A program made the translations under genes and the position numbers. From assembly GCA_963843145.1 (NCBI GenBank), contig CAWJJC010000006.1:91998-155997 (forward strand): DNA of 64,000 nt. Reading direction: 5' to 3'. The notes under the pieces are model-generated. The model saw only the letters and a list, made by a program, of their open reading frames with translations, did not search any database and was not told where the DNA came from. This document shows positions 20,453-31,553 of the stretch, piece by piece. How positions within the stretch are numbered: the stretch's first letter is position 1; the number at the start of each line of letters is the position of its first letter. The DNA is from an uncultured delta proteobacterium. Lineage in GTDB: Bacteria > Desulfobacterota > RBG-13-43-22.

Positions 20453-20865
20453 TTTTAAATGGTAATCTTTCGCCACAATTCAGTAACGTCTCCCGGGGGC
20501 TTCATTCCTTTACCACCCATGGAAATACTCTACGAGCCACCTCATCTGACCGTGAGCGGCCCGAAGAGTTCGAATGGAAATCGCTAAATCAAGCATAGGA
20601 CAAAGGAAAACATTAGTAGGTGATATACGCTTCGAAGGTCATTTGAGGGGCCATTTATTAATCTCGATGCTCTATTCCAAAACCACCGCCACCCGTTCTA
20701 CCATCTCATCCGTTCCCCGGCCGAAGAGTTTCCGAATCGCCAAAAAAATCTCCTCTAAGTGACAATTTCTTTTTTAAGCTATTTGACTCGCCGGGTCAAT
20801 CCGAGTGAGTATTCTTGTTCAACTGATCAAAATTATTAATCATGTTTTATGGCCACCCCCCCCCA

Positions 20866-21069
20866 TCAGGAAGCGCTCAACTCGCTCTTGATTTTCTCGG
20901 ATAACCAATGGCGGATCAGGGTCCGGTAGGGCAGGGATTTGGTGGTCGCTAATTTCCGGATCATCTGAATTTGAATCGGATCCATCGTAAAGGATTTTTT
21001 GCCCCACGAATGCAACCTCCGGCCGAACTCGAACCGAAAAAAAATTTGGTTCCAACAGCCCTCAATCAT
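20866..21069 (-). pseudogene. Orphan CopG/BrnA-like antitoxin remnant
   Basis: IRKLA..KSLPYRTLIRHWL.EKI ribbon-helix-helix pattern; no partner toxin seen. Confidence 0.45.
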
Positions 21070-21129
21070 GGTATAAATAACTCGAATCCGAATGATGGCT
21101 TGATTTCCTCAGGCAGGTAAAGGAGCGTT

Positions 21130-22371
21130 ATGTCTCACTCCAAAATCCATTACGGCTGGGTCGTGGTCTTCACCGGCCTGCTGGTGACCATCGGCGCCCA
21201 TGGGTTCGGGCGCATGTCCTATACCTTGATCCTGCCGGCCATGAAGGACGGGCTTCAGCTCAACTACACCCAATTGGGCCTGATCGGGACCGGCAATTTT
21301 ATCGGCTACCTGATCATGGCCATTATCGGCGGGGCCTTGGCCGCCCGTCTGGGTTCCCGGCTGGTTATCTGCCTGGCCTTGACCCTGATGGGGGTCACCA
21401 TGATCCTGACCGGATGGGCTCAGAATTTTCAAACCGCGTTCCTCCTTCGCTTGCTGACCGGACTGGGGCACGGGTCCTCTTATGTGCCGGCTATGGCCTT
21501 GGGATCGGCCTGGTTCGTAATGAAGCGCCGGGGTTTTGCCACCGGGATCGTTTCCGCCGGTATCGGGGGCGGGACGATGATCGCCAGCTTTATTGTTCCC
21601 CTGGCCTTAAAGGCTTACGGCATCGAAGGCTGGCGCTACGCCTGGTACTTTCTGGGAGCGGCCGTCCTGGTGATTGCGGCCGTGGCCGGCCTTTTGATTC
21701 GCAGCCGTCCGGATGAACTGGGATTACACCCGGTGGGGGCCGAAGCGGATCCCACGGCCGGATCACTCCCCAAGCCGGCCTCCACCTCCCTGGACTGGGG
21801 CCTGGTTTACCGCAAAGGGCGAATCTGGTATCTGGGGCTGGTTTACTCTTTATACGGTTTTTCCTATATCATCTACATGACCTTTTTTGCCGCCTACCTG
21901 GTGAAGGAAATCGGTTGGACTCCGGCGGCCGCCAGCGGGCTCTGGGCTCTGGTGGGGGGCATCAGCATTTTTTGCGGAGTGATTTGGGGCGGCATTTCCG
22001 ACCGCCTGGGAAGGGCCCAGGGGATGGCCCTGGCCTACGGCTTACTGGCTGCCAGTTACCTGATTTTCGCCCTGATGAAATCCGGCACCGGGTTTTATTT
22101 CTCGGCCGTCCTTTTCGGATTATGCGCCTGGAGCATTCCGACTATTATGGCCGCCACCGCCGGGGATTTTGTCGGCCCTCAGATGGCCCCGGCCGGCCTG
22201 GGTTTTATCACCCTCTTTTTCGGCCTGGGGCAGGCCCTGGGTCCTTCCCTCGGCGGCTACCTGGCCGACTTGTCCCGATCCTTTACCGGGCCGTTCCTGC
22301 TGGCCGCCGTCGTCTCCCTGGCCGGCGGCCTGCTGTCCCTGGGCCTCAGGCCTCCCGCCCGGGAGGGTTGA
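21130..22371 (+). CDS. MFS transporter
   Basis: 12-TM pattern, GFGR..YTLILP.M, G.ISDRLGR. Confidence 0.9.
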   Translation: MSHSKIHYGWVVVFTGLLVTIGAHGFGRMSYTLILPAMKDGLQLNYTQLGLIGTGNFIGYLIMAIIGGALAARLGSRLVICLALTLMGVTMILTGWAQNFQTAFLLRLLTGLGHGSSYVPAMALGSAWFVMKRRGFATGIVSAGIGGGTMIASFIVPLALKAYGIEGWRYAWYFLGAAVLVIAAVAGLLIRSRPDELGLHPVGAEADPTAGSLPKPASTSLDWGLVYRKGRIWYLGLVYSLYGFSYIIYMTFFAAYLVKEIGWTPAAASGLWALVGGISIFCGVIWGGISDRLGRAQGMALAYGLLAASYLIFALMKSGTGFYFSAVLFGLCAWSIPTIMAATAGDFVGPQMAPAGLGFITLFFGLGQALGPSLGGYLADLSRSFTGPFLLAAVVSLAGGLLSLGLRPPAREG

Positions 22372-22408
22372 GTTTATAAATCAAAACCAAGAGGGGGAGA
22401 TCCCGCCG

Positions 22409-22450
22409 TAATAATCAACAATCAACAATTAATTATTGATTATTAATTAA
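22409..22450. repeat. AT-rich heptamer palindromic array
   Basis: TAATCAA CAATCAA CAATTAA TTATTGA TTATTAA. Confidence 0.8.
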
Positions 22451-22501
22451 AAAACTGACAGCAGAAAAGCCCGATGATAGAAAGCAAAAAATAGGATTTT
22501 T

Positions 22502-23650
22502 ATGAAACGATACCCAGTGATTCTTATTTTCATGGTATTTCTGACGGGGGGCAGCCTTTTAGTCAACGGTTGCGGCGCTGATAAAAAAACCGATGCCGCC
22601 AAAGGGCGGCGTGACCGGCCGGTGCCGGTCTCCGTCAGTCCCGCACTCCAGGAGACCATCCCGGTGGAGATTTCCGGCATCGGGAACGCCGAAGCCCATT
22701 CCACCGTTTCCGTTAAATCGCGTATCGGCGGTGAACTGAAAAAAATCCACTTTCGGGAAGGCCAGGAAGTCCGTCAGGGAGACCTGATTTTTACCATCGA
22801 CCCCCAACCCTACGAAGCCGCTCTGAAACAAGCCCAGGCCAATCTGGCCCGGACGGCGGCCCTGGCCAAAAAAGCGGAAGAGGACCTGCGGCGGTATCAG
22901 GACCTGATCCGGAAGGAATACATCAGCCAGGAACAGTTTGACCAGGCGAAGGCCAATGCCGACGTCCAGACGGCGGCCCTCAAAGCCGATCAGGCGGCGG
23001 TGGAGAATGCCCGCCTGAATCTGAGTTATTGTTTTATCCACGCCCCTTTGACTGGGGTGACCGGCAGCCTGTTGTTCAATCAGGGGGCCCAAATTAAGGC
23101 CAATGACGACAAGGCCATGGTCACCATCAATCGGGTTCAACCCATCTACGTCAGTTTCTCCGTACCCGAGCAATACCTCCCCGAGATAAAAAAATATTCG
23201 GCCCGGGGACCGTTGAAGGTCAGGGCCTCCGCGGACAACGGCGACAAAATTACGGAGGAGGGTTTGCTGACCTTTATCGACAATGCCGTGGACCAGACCA
23301 CAGGAACGATCCGTCTCAAGGCCACCTTCGACAATCCGAATAGAAAGCTCTGGCCGGGTCAATTCCTGCGGGTCTCCCTGGCCTTGAGTGCGCAGGCCGA
23401 CGCCATCGTCGTACCTTCTCAGGCCATCCAGACCGGCGTTCAGGGACAGTACGTTTTTGTGGCCACTGCTGAGGAGAAAGCCGAAACCCGGACGGTGGTG
23501 ACGGGGAGGAATTTTGACGGACAAACGGTTATCGAAAAAGGCCTGAAAGCCGGGGAACGGGTGGTCACCGACGGGCAGTTTCAGCTCGTTCCCGGGAGCA
23601 GGTTGCAGATCAAGCAGGCGGTGACGGCTCCCGGAGTACAGCGCCCATGA
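22502..23650 (+). CDS. RND efflux periplasmic adaptor (MdtA-like lipoprotein)
   Basis: Lipoyl-like halves, alpha hairpin, IDNAVDQTTGTI, LWPGQF. Confidence 0.92.
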   Translation: MKRYPVILIFMVFLTGGSLLVNGCGADKKTDAAKGRRDRPVPVSVSPALQETIPVEISGIGNAEAHSTVSVKSRIGGELKKIHFREGQEVRQGDLIFTIDPQPYEAALKQAQANLARTAALAKKAEEDLRRYQDLIRKEYISQEQFDQAKANADVQTAALKADQAAVENARLNLSYCFIHAPLTGVTGSLLFNQGAQIKANDDKAMVTINRVQPIYVSFSVPEQYLPEIKKYSARGPLKVRASADNGDKITEEGLLTFIDNAVDQTTGTIRLKATFDNPNRKLWPGQFLRVSLALSAQADAIVVPSQAIQTGVQGQYVFVATAEEKAETRTVVTGRNFDGQTVIEKGLKAGERVVTDGQFQLVPGSRLQIKQAVTAPGVQRP

Positions 23651-26600
23651 ACATCTCCGCCGGGTTTATCCGCCGCCCGGTCATGACCACCTTGGTGATG
23701 GCCGGCATCCTGATTTTCGGGATCTTGGGCTACCGTTCCCTGCCGGTCAGTGACTTGCCTAACGTGGATTTCCCGACCATCCTGGTATCGGCCGAATTAC
23801 CCGGGGCTTCTCCGGAGACCATGGCCTCGGCCGTGGCCACCCCCCTGGAAAAGGAATTTTCCACCATCGCCGGGCTGGATTCCATGAACTCCACCAGTGC
23901 CCTGGGGATTACCCAGATCACCCTCCAGTTCAATCTGGATCGGAGCCTCGATGCCGCCGCCCAGGATATTCAATCGTCCATATCCAAGGCCGCCCGGCTG
24001 CTGCCTCCCACCCTGCCCACCCCCCCGTCCTTTCGCAAAGTGAACCCGGCCGATCAACCGGTCCTTTACCTGGCCCTGCAATCGGATCTCCTGCCCCTGT
24101 CCGTAGTGGACGAATACGCCCAGACCACCATCGCCCAGCGGATCTCCATGATCAGCGGGGTGGCCCAGGTGCTGGTCTACGGCTCCCAGAAATTCGCGGT
24201 CCGGGTGCAACTCAACCCGCAGGCCCTGGCCTCCCGGGGGATCGGGATCGATGAGATCGCCGCCGCCGTGGACAAAGGCAACGTCAATCTGCCCACCGGT
24301 ACACTCTACGGTCGCCATCAGGCCTTCAACCTCCAGGCCAGCGGGCAGCTCATGAAGGCCGAAGATTACAAGTCATTGATCGTGGCCTATAAAGGCGGCG
24401 CCCCGATCCGGCTGCAGGAGCTCGGTCGGGCCTTCTCCAGCGTCGAGAACGACAAAATTGCCAGTTGGTACAATAACCAGCGGGCCATTGTTCTGGCCAT
24501 CCAGCGGCAACCGGGGACCAATACCATCGAAGTGGTGGATTCCATCAAAAAGCTGTTGCCGCAATTCCAGGCGCAACTTCCGGCCTCCCTGGAATTCGCG
24601 GTCCTGTACGACCGCTCCCAGTCTATCCGGGAGTCGGTGAACGATGTCAAATTCACCCTGATCCTGACCATCTCCCTGGTGATCCTGGTCATCTTTCTGT
24701 TTCTGCGTAATTTTTCCGCCACCGTCATCCCCAGTCTGGCCCTGCCCATGTCCATTGTGGGCACTTTTGCCGCCATGCAGCTCCTGGGATTCAACCTGGA
24801 CAATCTATCCCTCATGGCCCTGATCCTCTCGGTGGGTTTCGTGGTGGACGACGCCATCGTCATGCTGGAGAATATCGTCCGCCACCTGGAAAAGGGCGAG
24901 GCCCCCATGGAGGCCGCCCTGAACGGCTCCAGGGAAATCAGCTTTACCATTCTCTCCATGACCGTTTCCCTGGCGGCGGTTTTTATTCCGGTTTTGTTTA
25001 TGGGGGGGATTCTGGGACGACTGCTTCACGAATTTGCCGTGGTCATTGCCGTGGCCATATTGATCTCCGGGTTTGTCTCCTTAAGCCTGACCCCCATGCT
25101 CTGCAGCCGCTTCCTGCGCCCGATGCGGGAGCAGGCCCATGGCCGACTCTATATGTTCATGGAACGATTTTTCGACGGGATGCTGCGGGTCTACGACTGG
25201 AGCCTGAAGAAGGTTTTAATTTATCGCCGGACCACCATGGCCGTAACCGCCCTGACCCTGGCCGCCACCGTGTACCTGTTTATCATCAGTCCTAAAGGCT
25301 TTATTCCTAGTGAAGACACGGGCCAAATCTTCTGCATCACCGAGGCCGCCCAGGGGATCTCATTTGAAAACATGGTCCGCCACCAGCAGGCCCTGGCCGC
25401 CATCGTTCAGAAAGACCCCAATGTCAGCAATTTCATGTCCGCGGTCGGTGCCGGGGGATCCAGTGTTTCCGGGAACGCCGGTCGAATGTTTATCCGGCTG
25501 AAGCCGAGGGGCGACCGGAAACTGAGCGCCGATGAACTCATCCAATCGCTGCGGGTCAAACTGGCCACGGTGCCGGGCATCCGCATCTTTCTGCAGAATC
25601 CCCCCATGATCCGCATCGGAGGCCAGTTCACCAAGAGCCTCTATCAGTTCACGCTGCAGAGCCCCAATACCAATGAACTCTATTATTACGCCCCCCTGTT
25701 GGAGGCCCGGCTGAAGACCTTGCCGGACCTGCAGGATGTGACCAGCGACCTGCAGAACCAGAATCCGGAGATCGACATCGAAATCAATCGCGACAAGGCC
25801 ACCGCGCTGGGGGTGACGGCCGAGCAGATTGAAAATGCCCTGTACACCGCTTATGGGTCCCGCCAGGTGTCCACTATCTACACGGCCAACAATGCCTATA
25901 AGGTAATCATGGAAGTAGAACCCCAATACCAGATGGATCCCGAAGTCCTGGCCATGCTCTATATCCACTCGGCCCAAGGCCCATTGGTTCCCCTGAAGGC
26001 GGTGGCCAACCTGAGCGCCGGGGTCGGCCCGCTGCTGGTCAATCACGCCGGGCAACTCCCCTCCGTGACGATCTCCTTCAACCTCCGGCCGGGCGTATCC
26101 CTGAGCGAGGCGGTGAAGCAGGTGGAAAAGATCTCCCGCAACCTGCTGCCATCCACCATCAGCCCCAATTTCCAGGGAACGGCCCAGGCCTTCCAGGCCT
26201 CACAGCAAGGTTTGTTGGTGCTGCTGATCCTGGCCATCGTGGTGATCTATATCATCCTGGGAATATTATATGAAAGTTTCATCCATCCCCTGACGATTCT
26301 TTCCGGCCTCCCGGCAGCCGCTTTCGGCGCCCTCCTGACCCTGAGGGTTTTCGGGGTCGAATTGAGCATCTATGCCTTCGTGGGCATCATCATGCTGGTG
26401 GGCATCGTCAAAAAGAACGCCATCATGATGATCGACTTTGCCCTGGAGGCCCAGCGCCACGACGGAAAATCTTCCCTGGAAGCCATCTACCAGGGTTGCC
26501 TGGTCCGCTTCCGGCCCATCATGATGACCACCATGGCCGCCTTCATGGGCACCCTGCCCATCGCCCTGGGTCTCGGGGCCGGCGCCGAATCCCGCCGACC

Positions 26601-26736
26601 GTTGGGTCTGGCGGTGGTTGGCGGTCTGGTTTTTTCCCAGTTGCTCACCCTGTACATTACCCCGGTCTTTTTTACCTACATGGAAGCCTTTAAGAAGAAA
26701 TTCGGCGGTTCTTCCCGGGCCCAATCTAAGGATTAA
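23647..26736 (+). CDS. RND efflux permease (MdtB/MdtC-like)
   Basis: FIRRPV, GFVVDDAIV, GIVKKNAIMMIDFA, RFRPIMMTT. Confidence 0.95.
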   Translation: MNISAGFIRRPVMTTLVMAGILIFGILGYRSLPVSDLPNVDFPTILVSAELPGASPETMASAVATPLEKEFSTIAGLDSMNSTSALGITQITLQFNLDRSLDAAAQDIQSSISKAARLLPPTLPTPPSFRKVNPADQPVLYLALQSDLLPLSVVDEYAQTTIAQRISMISGVAQVLVYGSQKFAVRVQLNPQALASRGIGIDEIAAAVDKGNVNLPTGTLYGRHQAFNLQASGQLMKAEDYKSLIVAYKGGAPIRLQELGRAFSSVENDKIASWYNNQRAIVLAIQRQPGTNTIEVVDSIKKLLPQFQAQLPASLEFAVLYDRSQSIRESVNDVKFTLILTISLVILVIFLFLRNFSATVIPSLALPMSIVGTFAAMQLLGFNLDNLSLMALILSVGFVVDDAIVMLENIVRHLEKGEAPMEAALNGSREISFTILSMTVSLAAVFIPVLFMGGILGRLLHEFAVVIAVAILISGFVSLSLTPMLCSRFLRPMREQAHGRLYMFMERFFDGMLRVYDWSLKKVLIYRRTTMAVTALTLAATVYLFIISPKGFIPSEDTGQIFCITEAAQGISFENMVRHQQALAAIVQKDPNVSNFMSAVGAGGSSVSGNAGRMFIRLKPRGDRKLSADELIQSLRVKLATVPGIRIFLQNPPMIRIGGQFTKSLYQFTLQSPNTNELYYYAPLLEARLKTLPDLQDVTSDLQNQNPEIDIEINRDKATALGVTAEQIENALYTAYGSRQVSTIYTANNAYKVIMEVEPQYQMDPEVLAMLYIHSAQGPLVPLKAVANLSAGVGPLLVNHAGQLPSVTISFNLRPGVSLSEAVKQVEKISRNLLPSTISPNFQGTAQAFQASQQGLLVLLILAIVVIYIILGILYESFIHPLTILSGLPAAAFGALLTLRVFGVELSIYAFVGIIMLVGIVKKNAIMMIDFALEAQRHDGKSSLEAIYQGCLVRFRPIMMTTMAAFMGTLPIALGLGAGAESRRPLGLAVVGGLVFSQLLTLYITPVFFTYMEAFKKKFGGSSRAQSKD

Positions 26737-26792
26737 AACGGGTCGATTTCTGGGGTCTAATTCAAAAACCTAAGTACTCCTTCCTTCACACC

Positions 26793-26808
26793 AGGCACAT
26801 ATATTGCA
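26793..26808 (+). promoter_or_regulatory. Putative sigma54 promoter upstream of the four-helix-bundle gene and comM
   Basis: AGGCACATATATTGCA, GG-N10-GC spacing. Confidence 0.5.
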
Positions 26809-26877
26809 AAAATGATGAGCTGTTGGCGATCTTTTTTAAGGCGTTTCCGGAAATTCAGGTATGAGAGGTCTGAGTTG

Positions 26878-26922
26878 TAATTAACAATTAACAATTGCCA
26901 ATTGATTATTGATTATTAATTA
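26878..26922. repeat. Heptamer array on the left flank of the four-helix-bundle gene
   Basis: TAATTAA CAATTAA CAATTGC CAATTGA TTATTGA TTATTAA. Confidence 0.85.
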
Positions 26923-26928
26923 CTATTT

Positions 26929-27306
26929 ATGGCCAAAGGCGACGATATCCAGGAACGGCTTATCGATTTTGCGGTTCAAATCATAAGGCTTTCAGCTCAA
27001 CTACCCAAAACGCCCGCCGGAAAACATGTTGCCGGTCAAATTTTAAAAAGTGGGACATCCCCGGCACCCAATTACGGCGAAGCGCGTTCTGCGGAAAGCT
27101 CGAATGATTTTATTCATAAACTGAGGGTTGCTCTCAAGGAATTAAATGAAACCAAAGTGTGGCTACATATAATCCGGAAAAGCGGGATGATCTCTTTTGA
27201 GGAAATTTTGGAATTATACCAATCTTGTGATGAACTTTGTAGAATCATTTGTGCCAGCGTAATGACCTCCACCAGAAGAATAAAACCGGGGGTAAATAAT
27301 CAATAA
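26929..27306 (+). CDS. Four-helix-bundle protein (23S rRNA IVP / Avd-like family)
   Basis: QILKSGTSPAPNYGEA..AES..DFIHKL..ALKEL.ET..WL. Confidence 0.9.
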   Translation: MAKGDDIQERLIDFAVQIIRLSAQLPKTPAGKHVAGQILKSGTSPAPNYGEARSAESSNDFIHKLRVALKELNETKVWLHIIRKSGMISFEEILELYQSCDELCRIICASVMTSTRRIKPGVNNQ

Positions 27307-27337
27307 TCAATTGTTAATATTCAATTATTAATTATTG
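27295..27337. repeat. Heptamer array on the right flank of the four-helix-bundle gene
   Basis: TAATCAA TAATCAA TTGTTAA TATTCAA TTATTAA. Confidence 0.85.
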
Positions 27338-27361
27338 CGCTAAAGACTCCATATTTTTCCC

Positions 27362-28891
27362 ATGATCTCCAAAATCTTCAGCAGCGCCATTTTGGGCATC
27401 GACGCCTACATCGTCCAGGTGGAAGTAGACATCGCCCGGGGGTTGCCCTCCTTTTCCACGGTCGGTCTACCGGAAGGGGCGGTGCGGGAAAGCAAGGACC
27501 GGGTCAAATCGGCCATCAAAAATTCCGGGTTTGAGTTTCCCAGCCACCGGATCACCGTCAACCTGGCCCCGGCCGACATCAAAAAGGAAGGTTCGGCTTT
27601 TGACCTGCCGATCGCCGTGGGGATCCTGGCGGCCACGGAGCTGGTCCCCCCCGATCTGCTGGGTCAATTTCTTCTATTGGGGGAATTGTCCTTAAACGGT
27701 GAGGTCAAGCCCGTCCGGGGGGGGTTGCCCACGGCCCTGTCGTTGAAAAAGAACGGCTACCGGGGCCTGCTGCTGCCCGAGGCCAATGCCTATGAGGCCG
27801 CGGTAGTGGAGGGCATTGATGTTGTCCCGGTGAAGACCCTGGGTGAAGTGGTGGAATTTCTAAATGGTGTCACCACACTTCCCACCTTTACCATCGATCA
27901 TGAGCACCTCTTTCCCAGCCGGCCGGTCTTTCCCTTGGACTTCAACGAAGTGAAGGGCCAGGAACAGGTCAAACGGGCACTGGAAATCGCCGCGGCCGGC
28001 GGCCACAATATCATCATGATCGGGCCTCCGGGCTCAGGCAAAACCATGCTGGCCCAACGGCTTCCGTCCATACTGCCCCAACTGACCTTTGAGGAGGCCC
28101 TGGAGACGTCCAAGGTATACAGCGTCATGGGTCTGATGCCCGGAGACCGGGCCTTGATTACCACCAGGCCCTTTCGGTCCCCCCACCACACGGTGTCCGA
28201 CGCCGGACTGATCGGCGGCGGGCAGATCCCTCGGCCGGGCGAAGTCAGTCTGGCTCACAACGGCGTCCTTTTCCTGGATGAGCTGCCGGAATTCAAAAAA
28301 AATGTTCTGGAAGTGCTGCGTCAGCCGCTGGAAGACGGTCAGGTGACGATTTCCAGGGCCATCACCTCCCTGACCTATCCGGCCCGTTTCATGCTGGTGG
28401 CGGCCATGAATCCCTGCCCCTGCGGATTTCTTTCCGATCCCCAGCGGGAATGCCAGTGCACCTATCCTCAGATCCAGCGCTACAAGTCCAAGATCTCCGG
28501 CCCCCTCCTGGACCGCATCGATCTCCATATCGAAGTGCCCGCCGTGAAATTCAAGGACTTGACCGAACCGGCGGGAGGGGAACCTTCGGAAGTCGTCCGG
28601 GCCAGGGTCCAGGCCGCCCGGGAGAGGCAAAAAGAACGCTTCCTGGCCAAAAATGTTTACTGCAACGCCCAGATGGGCCCGCGATTGATTAAGAAATTCT
28701 GCCCCCTGGATGCGGAGGCCCATCGCCTCTTGGAGCAGGCCATGGAATACCTGGGCTTCAGCGCCCGGGCCTACCACCGCATCCTCAAGATCTCCCGGAC
28801 CATCGCTGATTTGGAAGCCTGTTCGGCCATCCAATCGCGCCACGTCTCCGAGGCCATTCAGTACCGCAGTTTGGACCGGAGAGTCCTGTAG
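27362..28891 (+). CDS. comM: ComM/YifB Mg-chelatase-like AAA+ ATPase
   Basis: [54 protein letters not shown]. Confidence 0.93.
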   Translation: MISKIFSSAILGIDAYIVQVEVDIARGLPSFSTVGLPEGAVRESKDRVKSAIKNSGFEFPSHRITVNLAPADIKKEGSAFDLPIAVGILAATELVPPDLLGQFLLLGELSLNGEVKPVRGGLPTALSLKKNGYRGLLLPEANAYEAAVVEGIDVVPVKTLGEVVEFLNGVTTLPTFTIDHEHLFPSRPVFPLDFNEVKGQEQVKRALEIAAAGGHNIIMIGPPGSGKTMLAQRLPSILPQLTFEEALETSKVYSVMGLMPGDRALITTRPFRSPHHTVSDAGLIGGGQIPRPGEVSLAHNGVLFLDELPEFKKNVLEVLRQPLEDGQVTISRAITSLTYPARFMLVAAMNPCPCGFLSDPQRECQCTYPQIQRYKSKISGPLLDRIDLHIEVPAVKFKDLTEPAGGEPSEVVRARVQAARERQKERFLAKNVYCNAQMGPRLIKKFCPLDAEAHRLLEQAMEYLGFSARAYHRILKISRTIADLEACSAIQSRHVSEAIQYRSLDRRVL

Positions 28892-29052
28892 AAACAGTTT
28901 GGCATAGATTAATAACGGAGATTATGCTGACACTGTCGACATAAATGACCGGGAAATGATTGAAACACTGTAACGATATTTACATCAGGAAATTTATTTG
29001 GTAGGATTGTACTACAACGGTTTTAGTTGGTAATGGATTTTCCCGTCCCAAT

Positions 29053-29253
29053 TTGTTTCGAATGATTCGTTTTGTTGAGGTTTTCACAGTTGAAAAAATT
29101 GTCTCGACACTGTCGAGACAATTGAGCTGGAGTCATTTTGTGGAAATCATACCCCTAAAAGATCCCCTTCAAAAAAAGAAGTTGCATGAAGCGATTATCC
29201 TTGCCCGGAGCCGATTGGCCGGAGGTCAGGATTTATCCCTCCAGGAGAGATAA
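29053..29253 (+). pseudogene. Internally deleted YhcG/DUF1016 remnant
   Basis: IVSTLSRQLSWSHFVEIIPLKDPL joined directly to the C-terminal-like KKLHEAI..AR.RL. Confidence 0.6.
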
Positions 29254-29292
29254 ATCGGTGCCGAGACCCGTACTCCCTACGGCTGATGCTTC

Positions 29293-29742
29293 ATGCCTGA
29301 CTTGAAAACCGACGAAATCATTCCAGCCGATAAAGGGCTGCGAAAAAGGACGATCATCCTAATCATCGGGGTCGTTCTGGCCGCTATGATTTTGGGGCCC
29401 TATTTGAACGGCTACCTGGCCGATCTGAGGCAGGAAGGGCAGCTCAGGCCGGAGTCGGCCTACCCCAAATTGATCACCCTGATGAAATGGGTTTTGGGGT
29501 CGGCGGCTCTCGGGATCACCCTGACCGGAGTTTACCTGTTGGTAATCGCCTTCCGGGCCCTGAAGGCCGGCCGCTACCCGCCGCCGGGCATGAAGGTGAT
29601 TAAGGATACCCGGGTCAAAACCGGACGGCAGGCCAAAATAATGGCCTACCTGTTGATTTTTAATTCCGGGGCTCTCATCTTGTTGATTGGCCTGGTCCTT
29701 TTTCTTTTTATGACGATGGCGGAGAAATTGAAAATACCGTGA
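29293..29742 (+). CDS. Hypothetical 3-TM membrane protein
   Basis: 149-aa ORF, G.YPPPG.KVI.DT....G..A motif between TMs. Confidence 0.6.
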   Translation: MPDLKTDEIIPADKGLRKRTIILIIGVVLAAMILGPYLNGYLADLRQEGQLRPESAYPKLITLMKWVLGSAALGITLTGVYLLVIAFRALKAGRYPPPGMKVIKDTRVKTGRQAKIMAYLLIFNSGALILLIGLVLFLFMTMAEKLKIP

Positions 29743-29759
29743 GGTGTTCCCTGTCTGAA

Positions 29760-29952
29760 AAAAACCGGCCGCGCCGGGTGGCCATCCTGATTTTTGACGA
29801 AACGGTTTATCGACAACGGGAAGGTGATCGTCGCCGCCGGAATCTCGGCCGGAATCGACATGTCCCTTTCCGTGGTTGCCAGGCTTCTGGGAGAAGCCGA
29901 AGCCCTGAAGACCGCCCGGTACATGGAATATGATTGGAAAAGAAAAATTTAG
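29760..29952 (+). pseudogene. DJ-1/PfpI-family remnant
   Basis: RVAILIFDE fused to FIDNGKVIVAAGISAGIDMSL...TARYMEYDW. Confidence 0.7.
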
Positions 29953-29976
29953 GAGGGTGAAAAAGGGAGAGTTACC

Positions 29977-31424
29977 ATGGCCGACTATGATTTTGATATG
30001 GGGATAATTGGAGGAGGGGCCGCGGGTCTGACCGTAGCCTCGGGAGCCGCCCAGTTAGGGGCCAAAACGCTGCTGGTGGAGAAGGAAAAGCATCTGGGCG
30101 GAGATTGCCTGTACTTTGGCTGCGTGCCCAGTAAGACCTTGATCCGCAGCGCCCAGGTCTATCATTTCCTGAAAAATGCGCAAGCCTACGGACTTCCTCC
30201 GGTGGAGGCGCCGGCCGTGGATTACGGCGAGATCAGGAAAAGGATCCAGTCGGTGATCGGCACCATCCAGAAACACGATTCGGAGGAGCGCTTCTGCGGT
30301 CTCGGCGTCCAGGTGGAATTTGGAAAACCCGCTTTTATAGATGAACATTCCATCCGCTTGAACGGCGTTACCTATTCAGCCAAAATTGGGTCATTGCCAG
30401 CGGCTCTTCGCCGGGGATCCCCCGCCTGGAGGGCCTGGACCATACTCCCCACATCACCAACAAGGAGATTTTTTCTTTGGATCGTCTCCCGAAGTCCATG
30501 ATCATTTTAGGCGCCGGCCCCATCGCGATCGAAATGGCCCAGGCCTTCTGCCGCCTGGGGACAAACGTTTCCGTGATCCAGCGGAGCGGACAGATCCTCA
30601 CCAAAGAGGATAAAGATTTGGCGGATGAGGTGATGCAGGTCCTGGGTTCCGAAGGAGTCACTTTCTATCTGAACACCTCGGTGGTCTCCACCAGGGACCT
30701 CGGAAATGAACGGGAAGTGGTAATCAAGGATGGAAACAAGCGGGAAATTCGACTGACCTCGGAGCAGATCCTGGTGGCCATGGGAAGGGACCCCAACCTC
30801 CAGGGGCTCGGTCTGGATCAAATCGGAGTGGTCTTTGATCGTAAAGGATTGCAGGTGGACGAGCGGTTACGAACCACCCAGAAACACATTTATGCGGCCG
30901 GCGATGTGACCGGGGCCTTTCAGTTCACCCATGCGGCGGGCTATGAGGGCGGGATCGTTATCAGCAACGCTATTTTCCATCTGCCCCGAAAGGCCGATTA
31001 CACCTTCATGCCCTGGTGCACCTTCACCGATCCGGAACTGGCCAGCATCGGAATGAACGAGAAGAGCGCCAAAGAAGCCGGCCTGGAGTATAGCGTCTGG
31101 ACGGAAACCTTTCTGGCCAATGATCGCAGCCTGGCGGAAGGGGAGCAGGTAGGCCGGATCAAGATGCTTCTGGACAAACACGAGAAACCCCTGGGGGTTC
31201 AGATTCTCGGTCCCCAGGCCGGGGAGTTGCTGAGCGAATGGGTGGCCGTTTTAAACGGCAAGGTCAAGCTTTCCACTCTGGCCTCGGCGGTGCACCCTTA
31301 CCCCACCCTGGGCGAGATCAACAAACGGGTGGCCGGGACCTTTTTCTCGCCGAAGATATTCTCGGACCGGATAAAGAAAGGACTCAAGTTCTTCTTTCAT
31401 TTGAAAGGGAGGGCTTGCGGATAA
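29977..31424 (+). CDS. Pyridine nucleotide-disulfide oxidoreductase (MerA/LpdA-like), 1-nt indel near 30385
   Basis: GGGAAG, GGDCLYFGCVPSK, GAGPIAIE, YAAGDV, HPYPT. Confidence 0.88.
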
Positions 31425-31553
31425 TGGAAAGCCGGGAAGCGAAGGAAACCGGCGGAAGGGCTGAAAAGGAAAAATTCAAAATCAGGGAGGACGTCGGCCA
31501 ATAAAATTTGAAACCCAGTATTGCCCAATTATTTTCAAAAGGAGAAACCCGTG

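Noticed and set aside
3735-27337. CRISPR array
   Set aside because: The repeats are short tandem heptamers or REP palindromes without unique spacers; no cas genes in the window
29977-31424. True mercuric reductase merA
   Set aside because: No C-terminal Cys-Cys pair, no N-terminal metal-binding domain and no mer operon genes nearby
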